A program made the position numbers and the translations under genes. A stretch of DNA of 33,845 nucleotides from the NCBI GenBank assembly GCA_964619725.1, contig CAZUFC010000095.1, forward strand, positions 1 to 33,845. Direction: 5' to 3'. The DNA is from an uncultured bacterium. GTDB taxonomy: Bacteria > CSSED10-310 > CAZUFC01. Of the stretch, positions 27,303 through 33,845 are shown in pieces. Every line of letters begins with the position of its first letter. Within the stretch, counting starts at the first letter, position 1. The notes under the pieces are model-generated. The model did not search any database, was not told where the DNA came from, and worked only from the letters and a program-made list of their open reading frames with translations.

Positions 27303-28514
27303 TCATTCTTTCATTAGCTCGATATCTCCGTGCAAACATTCGATTTTCAAATTCGCCGAGCCGCTTCCGAATTCCATTGACAGGGAACCTCCGTCCTGTT
27401 TTTCCCGGGGAATCAGATCGCCGGAGATTGAGCCGTGACGGGCAAGCGCCTCAATTTTACCTCCGCTTCCCGATGTGAAGCCCAATTGTGCATCGCCATT
27501 AATAAGCCTTAAATTCCAGTTTCCTGAATCCGCAAGAAGGTCAGCGCCTTCAAAATCGCCGGAAATTTGCGATATTTTGACCTCAGCGGCATTGCTCAAT
27601 CCCTTTATTTCAATATCCCCCGAAAGATCGTTTATCTCCAGGTCCGACCGCATTTTCGCCAGTTCCACGTCCCCTTTTATAAGCTTCAACCTGCGGCTCC
27701 CCTCTCCGTCGCTCTCCTCAATATCGCCGTTTTTGATTTTAATATGTGCAGCCCCGCTCACTCTGTCCATCTTCAAATCCCCTCGAATGCAATCAAAATC
27801 CAAATCGCCGGAAAAGGATTCCACTTCAGCATCGCCGTTTATTATCCTGGCTTTGAGCGACCCTGAACAACGCTTGAGAGAAGAATCGCCTTTGACTATA
27901 TGAAACGAAACATCCTGCTTCATATCCGTGATTTTCAGATCGCCCCTTTGAAGCTTGACCTTCAGATTCAAATTTTCCGGTACGACTAGTTCAAAATCAC
28001 CCTTCCGTATCGCTCCCTGTCCCCTGCCGCTTAAATTCAAATCAAACTTATCGCCTCGCCGCTTTATCGCTGAATTCATCCATGCAGTCGGACGTTCCGC
28101 TTCCGTTGACCTGCTTAAAAAATAATCGGCTGTAAGGCTGCCTCGCAACTCTATATCATCCCTTTTTTCACCCCTGATCCCTATATCGCCCCTTCTCAGT
28201 TGCAAAGATAATTCCTCTACCCCCGCTGCTTCCAGCTTCTCCTCCACTTGATACTTGCGCGCTCGTCCGGTTTCGAAATGGTCCGTCACTATGTCTATTC
28301 CGCTTAATGCAGCCCCAACCGAATCGCGGAGCACTTCCTTGACGTCCCTTAACATCGAATTGATATCGGGGAACCCCGAACGGTCAGTTTCACCAGATTC
28401 AGACGCCCCTTCAACCTTTTCATATTCCAAAGCCTCAAGAAGCTCCGAAGCCTCTTCAACCGTTATCTTCTGCTCCTTCAGAAGCTTCAGTATCCTTAAC
28501 CTCTCCTGATCCAT
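27303..28514 (-). CDS. DUF4097 beta-solenoid protein with N-terminal SHOCT-like helix (YvlB/LiaX-like)
   Basis: MDQERLRILKLLKEQKITVEEASELLEAL then repeated (R/N/K/S)GD beta units; alternative start 28538. Confidence 0.8.
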   Translation of the reverse strand: MDQERLRILKLLKEQKITVEEASELLEALEYEKVEGASESGETDRSGFPDINSMLRDVKEVLRDSVGAALSGIDIVTDHFETGRARKYQVEEKLEAAGVEELSLQLRRGDIGIRGEKRDDIELRGSLTADYFLSRSTEAERPTAWMNSAIKRRGDKFDLNLSGRGQGAIRKGDFELVVPENLNLKVKLQRGDLKITDMKQDVSFHIVKGDSSLKRCSGSLKARIINGDAEVESFSGDLDFDCIRGDLKMDRVSGAAHIKIKNGDIEESDGEGSRRLKLIKGDVELAKMRSDLEINDLSGDIEIKGLSNAAEVKISQISGDFEGADLLADSGNWNLRLINGDAQLGFTSGSGGKIEALARHGSISGDLIPREKQDGGSLSMEFGSGSANLKIECLHGDIELMKE

Positions 28515-28938
28515 CTCCTCCCACTCCTTTCTTTTCATTTTGCTGTTTATTCCCGGCGCTTTTGACGACCATTCCCTTTAATCCCCTCGCCGCTTCCTCC
28601 GCCGTGATCTCACCCCGCTCCAGACGGTCTAAAATCTCACTCCTGTTTACGCCTGCGCTGCTCTCGCTCTTCGGTTCCTCTAGACCCAGAGCACGCAAAA
28701 GACTGTTCAACCGATTCCGAACAGTCGGATAGGATATGTTCAAACGCTGTTCCACTTCCTTGATGTTGCCCCGGCTCGATAAAAATGTCTGTAAAAATTT
28801 CTCCACATCTTCCTCCAATGTCACTACTCGAGGCAATTCATAGTTCCCTTCAACCCTCGTGCCGCACTTGGGGCATTCCAGTATGACGACTTTCAAATGT
28901 CCCCGGCAGGATGGACAATTATAAGGAATTTTACTCAA
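28456..28938 (-). CDS. DUF2089 family Zn-ribbon/HTH protein
   Basis: CPSC..CPKC, GNIKEVEQRLNISYPTVRNRL, EILDRLERGEITAEEA; TTG start at 28938 behind AGGAGGT. Confidence 0.85.
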   Translation of the reverse strand: MSKIPYNCPSCRGHLKVVILECPKCGTRVEGNYELPRVVTLEEDVEKFLQTFLSSRGNIKEVEQRLNISYPTVRNRLNSLLRALGLEEPKSESSAGVNRSEILDRLERGEITAEEAARGLKGMVVKSAGNKQQNEKKGVGGDGSGEVKDTEASEGAEDNG

Positions 28939-28978
28939 AATTAACCACCTCCTTCTTGAAATCAAATGGCCAATGAAA

Positions 28979-29007
28979 AATATAAATAAATAAATTAAAA
29001 AAGTCAA
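28979..29007 (-). promoter_or_regulatory. sigma70 promoter for the DUF2089-DUF4097 operon
   Basis: TTGACT (29007-29002), 17 bp, TATATT (28984-28979) in a very AT-rich tract. Confidence 0.65.
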
Positions 29008-29119
29008 TATTAATTTTAAATAAATTGATAAATGAAGAGAGGAATTGACGGAACATGCTGGGTGCTGGATTATTTATAAGGGGAAGAGGGGAAGTAAGGC
29101 AGTGGATATCCTTGTATTT

Positions 29120-29686
29120 TCAATCATGGCGGGAAGGGATGCGGCTGAGAATCCAGGAGATGATCGGTTGGACGTTTTTTTTGGGGGTAAAGATATAGGG
29201 AGCTGGAAGCTGGAAGAGCCGGATAATTGGTTCATGGAGTCCTGTTCTGCAGGTAAAGATGAAGAGGGGCAGATTTGCATGAGCAATGAGTGTTAAGGAG
29301 TCTGCGAAGCCTTTTCCCATGAGTTCGACGGGCCCAATTTCATCGAGTGCAAAGATTGGGGGATTGAGTTGAAGTGCAAGTCGTGTCCATTTTTGTGATG
29401 AACGGAAGGCATCGTTGAAGAAGCCGAAGTGTCCGAAGCGGAAGTCTGCGTCAGCGTTTCTTTCGGCAAGTTTCAATTTTTGATTTGAGGAGAAATTGAG
29501 AAGGAAGATTTCGTTTCGCTTGTTATTGAGCCAGGAGCCTGGTGAGAGGATAGCCTGTGGATTGAGGGTGAATAATTGAGGATGTTTGAGCAGTCGGAGG
29601 AGCGTGGAAGTTTTTCCGGAGCCTTGCGGGCCGGTGATGCATGCAGTAAGGCGCGGACCTTTGGAATTGTTTTTATTTACATTCAT
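29120..29686 (-). CDS. THEP1/NTPase_1-like P-loop nucleoside triphosphatase
   Basis: ITGPQGSGKT Walker A; FALDEIGPVELMGKGF Walker B region. Confidence 0.75.
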   Translation of the reverse strand: MNVNKNNSKGPRLTACITGPQGSGKTSTLLRLLKHPQLFTLNPQAILSPGSWLNNKRNEIFLLNFSSNQKLKLAERNADADFRFGHFGFFNDAFRSSQKWTRLALQLNPPIFALDEIGPVELMGKGFADSLTLIAHANLPLFIFTCRTGLHEPIIRLFQLPAPYIFTPKKNVQPIISWILSRIPSRHD

Positions 29687-29880
29687 TTTACGTCGGAGAC
29701 GGCTGATGTGAACTTTACATGAAGTATGAAAGATGTTAATTTGCCAATTCAGCGCTGGTTATTTTGACGGAAAAGCGTGAAAAAGGCAAGCGTAGCGGGT
29801 TTGATGGAGAGTTAAAGGTTGCGTGGGGAAGAGTAAGATGTGAAAGCCCGGTCGCCGTCATTGGAATGAGGAGCAAAAAG

Positions 29881-32550
29881 ATGAAAAGTGGGAGAGAAAT
29901 AAGAAGCGAATTTTTAGAATTTTTTAAGGAGAAGGGCCACGCGGTAGTTCCTTCATCGCCTGTGGTGCCGATAGATGATCCGACGTTGATGTTCACGAAT
30001 GCGGGTATGAATCAGTTTAAGGACGTATTTTTGGGTACGGGCAACCGGGATTTTAAGCGAGCTGCGGACAGTCAGAAGTGCATACGTGTAACGGGGAAGC
30101 ATAACGATTTGGAGGAAGTGGGGATCGACACGTATCACCACACTTTTTTTGAGATGTTGGGCAACTGGTCATTCGGCGATTATTTTAAGAGGGAAGCGAT
30201 CGAGTGGGCGTGGGAGTTTTTAACGGATCGCATGGGATTAGTAAAGGAGAAGGTGTACGTAACGGTATTTGCCGGTGATCGCGGGATGAATCTGGAATGG
30301 GATGAGGAAGCGGCGAGATATTGGAAGGAGTTGACGGAGGTCCCTGATGAGCGGATATTGCGATTCGGTGTGAAGGACAATTTCTGGGAGATGGCGGATA
30401 CGGGCCCGTGCGGACCCTGTTCAGAGATTCATTATGATCTGGGTCCGGGGAGTTGCGATCTGGAGGATGATCCTGCGCATGAATGCGGGGTCAACAAGGA
30501 TTGCGCTCGTTATATTGAATTATGGAACCTGGTTTTCATTCAGTTCAACAGGCTTTCGGCCGACAAGCTGTCGCCATTGCCGGCTAAGCATGTGGATACG
30601 GGAATGGGGCTTGAGCGGCTGGCGGCAGTCGTTCAGAAGAAGTCGTCCAATTATGATACGGATTTATTCAGGCCTATATTTAAGGAACTGGGGAAGAGAG
30701 CGGGCGAGACGTATGGTAAGGATGCGGAGAAGGACAAGGCGTTTCGGGTGATATCTGATCACGTCAAGGCGTTGTCTGTTGCGATAGCGGACAATGCGCT
30801 TCCGGGGCGAGAAGGAAGAGGATACGTATTAAGGCGCATATTGAGGAGGGCGGCTCGTTTCGGCCGTCAGAAACTGGGGATAAGGGAGCCTTTTATCCAT
30901 GAATTGACGCCAGTGGTTGCGGAGATATACAGCGACATATTTCCGGAGATCGGCGAAAGAAAAGATCATATATCTTTAGTGATCAAGGCTGAAGAGGAGT
31001 ATTTCGCCCGTACGATTGATGCGGGTATAGCGCGGTTTGAGCAAATGGCTGCGAAACTGAAAAAGAGCAATCAGGATGTGATACCCGGAGACCAGGCATA
31101 TCGCATGTATCATGAGGGCGGATTTCCGCGTGATTTAATAGATTTGATGGCTCGTGAAGAGAATCTGACAGTGGATGAGGAGGGATGGAAAGCGGCTGAG
31201 GAGAAGCACAAGAAGCGTTCAGAGGGAGAGGCGGAAGGAGCGGAATTCGATCTTGCGGAGCTTGAGGGATTGCCGGCGACGAAATTCCTGGGATATTGGG
31301 AAAGAGGAGATGCCGAGCAATTCGGGACGAAAACCGGGGTAAGAATTTTAAAAGTTATCGGAGAAGAAGCCGTAGTCCTGGACAGGACGCCTTTTTATGC
31401 GGAGTCAGGCGGTCAGGTCGGCGACACCGGGATCATTTACGGAGAGGGATTTCGGTTTCGAGTAACGGATACGGGACGCATCGGCGACATCGTGATTCAT
31501 TACGGAGAGATAGAGAAGGGAGAGCCGGATAAGCTTCCCGAAGAGGCGACCGCTGAAGTGGATTTGAACCGGCGATTGAACATTATGGCCAATCATACGG
31601 CGACGCACCTGCTGCACAAGTCTCTCAGAAAACTTCTCGGCGACCAGGCGACTCAGCAGGGTTCCTATGTCGGTCCGGATTATTTGAGGTTTGATTTCAC
31701 TCATTCCCGTTCGCTGAGCGACGAAGAAATTGAAACGCTTGAGCTGCAGGTCAATCAGAGGATATTCGAGAATAGACCTTTAAACATTTCCGTTCAGGAC
31801 CTGGATAAGGCGAAAAGGGACGGCGTGACGGCTTTATTCGGAGAAAAATATGAAAAGAGGGTCAGGGTCGTGGAAGTGCAGAGTTTCTCCAAAGAATTAT
31901 GCGGGGGAACTCATTGCTGCAGAACAGGCGATATAGGAATGTTCAGGATTGAATCCGAAAGCGCTGTTCAGGCGGGCATTCGTCGAATTACTGCCGTTAC
32001 CCGGGAAAAAGCATTAGAGAAGACGCTGAAGGAGAAAGGTATAATTGAAGAGTCTGCGGCGCTATTAGGAGCGAAGAACGAAGAATTGCCGACCCGCATA
32101 CAAAATTTGATGCGGCAGGTAAGCGATTTAAAAAAAGAATTGAAGAAATCCCAAAAAGCGGATGTTGGGGGGATCAGGGCAGATTTAATGAAAAAAGCGG
32201 CAACTGCGGATGACGCCCTGATTATCGTCGAAAAAATCGATGATTTGTCTATGGATGATATGAGAGAAGTCGCCGACGCGCTGAGAAGCGGGGAAGCGCC
32301 GACAGCGGGTTTGCTGGCGGCGGTGCATGATGATAAAATAAGATTGCTGGCTTTCGCAGCGGAAAGCGCTATAAAAGAACATGGAATTCACGCCGGTAAA
32401 ATAGTCAAAGAAACTTCAGGAAAACTGGGCGGCGGCGGAGGAGGACGCCCTGATTTCGCTCAAGGCGGCGGTCATGAGGTAAAAGAATTGCCGCGAGTTC
32501 TGAAAGAATTGCGTGAAAACCTTGTGAAAAAGATTGGAAAGGATTCATGA
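29881..32550 (+). CDS. alaS: alanine--tRNA ligase
   Basis: DDPTLMFTNAGMNQFK, HHTFFEMLGNWSFGDYFK, GPCGPCSEI, editing motifs NHTATHLLH and ELCGGTH, GGGGGRPDFAQGGG; start ATG 29881 (MKSGREIR) after GAGGAG. Confidence 0.99.
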   Translation: MKSGREIRSEFLEFFKEKGHAVVPSSPVVPIDDPTLMFTNAGMNQFKDVFLGTGNRDFKRAADSQKCIRVTGKHNDLEEVGIDTYHHTFFEMLGNWSFGDYFKREAIEWAWEFLTDRMGLVKEKVYVTVFAGDRGMNLEWDEEAARYWKELTEVPDERILRFGVKDNFWEMADTGPCGPCSEIHYDLGPGSCDLEDDPAHECGVNKDCARYIELWNLVFIQFNRLSADKLSPLPAKHVDTGMGLERLAAVVQKKSSNYDTDLFRPIFKELGKRAGETYGKDAEKDKAFRVISDHVKALSVAIADNALPGREGRGYVLRRILRRAARFGRQKLGIREPFIHELTPVVAEIYSDIFPEIGERKDHISLVIKAEEEYFARTIDAGIARFEQMAAKLKKSNQDVIPGDQAYRMYHEGGFPRDLIDLMAREENLTVDEEGWKAAEEKHKKRSEGEAEGAEFDLAELEGLPATKFLGYWERGDAEQFGTKTGVRILKVIGEEAVVLDRTPFYAESGGQVGDTGIIYGEGFRFRVTDTGRIGDIVIHYGEIEKGEPDKLPEEATAEVDLNRRLNIMANHTATHLLHKSLRKLLGDQATQQGSYVGPDYLRFDFTHSRSLSDEEIETLELQVNQRIFENRPLNISVQDLDKAKRDGVTALFGEKYEKRVRVVEVQSFSKELCGGTHCCRTGDIGMFRIESESAVQAGIRRITAVTREKALEKTLKEKGIIEESAALLGAKNEELPTRIQNLMRQVSDLKKELKKSQKADVGGIRADLMKKAATADDALIIVEKIDDLSMDDMREVADALRSGEAPTAGLLAAVHDDKIRLLAFAAESAIKEHGIHAGKIVKETSGKLGGGGGGRPDFAQGGGHEVKELPRVLKELRENLVKKIGKDS

Positions 32551-32669
32551 GGGATACTTTCGAGTGGAAAAAGATTGCTGCAGGGTTAAAGCGAAGGCCG
32601 GAGCATCGGGTATTAAAGACAAGAGTGAATATCACAGGATTTTACGTCATAAATGAAAGGAACTGAAAG

Positions 32670-33614
32670 ATGAAAAAATTCAGCGTGTTCGTTTTTTTTA
32701 TGATCATCAATACGTTAGCCGCAGGAGCAGAAAGCGATGAAAGCGTTGTTTCCTTTTTGAAAGACATAGAGATTGCGGTAAAGGGAGGGGATTATGCTGC
32801 TCCGCGTATTTCGCCCGATGGGGAGAAGCTGGCTTTTACCACGGAGAAATATGACGGTATTTTTCTAATTGAAGCAGGAGGCGCTCTGTACAGGCTGACG
32901 GACGAACAATTTGCCGGATGGCGTTTTGAGTGGGGACCGGACTCGGAAGAGATTTATTACCGGATGCGGGAAAAGGGAAAATACGCTTTGAAAAAGGTTG
33001 ACTTAAGGGGGAAGCGGGAAAGCCTGACAGGATTAATGGATGAGATATCCTTTCCATCGGTCGTTCAGCAAGATATTCTTTATCATAAAGGGGACTCGGA
33101 TGTTGAAGTTATGTCGGTAAAAAGCGGAGAGGATACGGGCGAGAAAACGCCGGTAGGGTCGAAGGGGCCGTATGCCTTCATGAAAAACGACCGAATATAT
33201 TACATGGACGAAGGAACGATTTATGCTGTATTGGATAAGGAGCAAAGGTGTTTTTATCCGGTGATGTCGCCTGACGGCCGTAAAGTCTGTTACAAGAAAC
33301 TTGGCGGTGGGATATACCTGTTTGACGCTGATATTGGAGAAAGCCGTCTGATAGGTCCCGGCAATCATCCCCGCTGGAGCCGTGACGGAAAATACGTAAT
33401 TTTTGATCATCCTGTCGACGACGGACACAGAATCGTCAATTCTGAGTTGTATCTCTATGATGTAGGGGCGTCGCTGTTGCACAAGCTGACCGAGACAGGC
33501 GAAATGATCGAGAGATTTCCGGAGATGGGGAAAGATAACATGGTTTATTTTTCTTCCGGAGGATCGATTTACAAAGCCAGAATCGATCCCTTGCATCTCA
33601 GCCGTTCACGGTGA
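32670..33614 (+). CDS. exported TolB-like/WD40 beta-propeller protein
   Basis: Signal peptide; repeated SPDG/WGPDS/WSRDG blade motifs. Confidence 0.75.
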   Translation: MKKFSVFVFFMIINTLAAGAESDESVVSFLKDIEIAVKGGDYAAPRISPDGEKLAFTTEKYDGIFLIEAGGALYRLTDEQFAGWRFEWGPDSEEIYYRMREKGKYALKKVDLRGKRESLTGLMDEISFPSVVQQDILYHKGDSDVEVMSVKSGEDTGEKTPVGSKGPYAFMKNDRIYYMDEGTIYAVLDKEQRCFYPVMSPDGRKVCYKKLGGGIYLFDADIGESRLIGPGNHPRWSRDGKYVIFDHPVDDGHRIVNSELYLYDVGASLLHKLTETGEMIERFPEMGKDNMVYFSSGGSIYKARIDPLHLSRSR

Positions 33615-33775
33615 TCCCGCTCTTGAAGCAGGTCCTGTGGATTCTGATTCATTACGCGACGCGGGACGATTTTGTTGAAGGCGAAAAATGCAGGGATTGA
33701 CTGAGGCTACCTGTCGGTTACGGGTAGACTGAGCAAATCTGCAGCCTGATGCAAAGCGAGAGAATAATCTCCGTT

Positions 33776-33830
33776 AGTGTCTGTCCACACACTCGAATCT
33801 CGATTCAAAATTTAATGCTGGACAGCCACT
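33776..33830. repeat. 55-bp element with 12-bp terminal inverted repeats (REP/MITE-like)
   Basis: AGTGTCTGTCCA...TGGACAGCCACT (11/12 complementary) with inner GAATC-TC-GATTC palindrome. Confidence 0.45.
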
Positions 33831-33845
33831 TGGGTTTTTGATCCA

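Noticed and set aside
29764-29880. N-terminal extension of AlaS (and similar extensions of RnfB, RnfA, DUF2089 and the 634-aa TPR)
   Set aside because: Artefacts of longest-ORF calling; downstream starts have RBSs or family-typical N-termini.
32670-33614. Calling this gene tolB and the motor Tol-Pal
   Set aside because: It lacks the TolB N-terminal domain, lies 14 kb away on the other strand, and no pal is present.
1-33845. CRISPR arrays, tRNA/rRNA, transposases, phage genes, alternative genetic code; remaining short ORFs in the track
   Set aside because: No spaced direct repeats or RNA gene signatures were seen; genes translate full-length in the standard code; the short ORFs are nested in or antisense to well-supported genes.

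Overview
Chromosomal housekeeping and envelope region of a diderm, probably anaerobic bacterium (inferred from LolA, ExbBD-TonB and Rnf). Left to right: a type II toxin-antitoxin pair with an intact ribbon-helix-helix-like antitoxin and a decayed PIN/VapC toxin; three cobalamin-binding radical SAM genes interleaved with a LolA-family carrier and a GT-C/YfhO-like membrane protein; a TPR protein; a complete rnfBCDGEA operon behind a perfect sigma70 promoter; an ~11.4 kb same-strand run (HEAT protein, Ig-like membrane protein, two large exported TPR proteins, exbB, exbD, tonB, stand-alone MshEN protein); a DUF2089/DUF4097 pair; an NTPase; alaS; and a TolB-like propeller protein. No rRNA, tRNA, CRISPR array or transposase was seen. 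Two candidates for an undescribed system stand out. (1) A receptor-less ExbBD-TonB motor next to a 1007-aa TPR protein with a TonB-box-like N-terminal motif, with an MshEN c-di-GMP-receptor-like gene in the motor operon. (2) The triple B12-radical-SAM/LolA/GT-C cluster as a possible envelope (glyco)lipid modification and export module. Both rest on motifs and gene context read by eye; no database searches were run.
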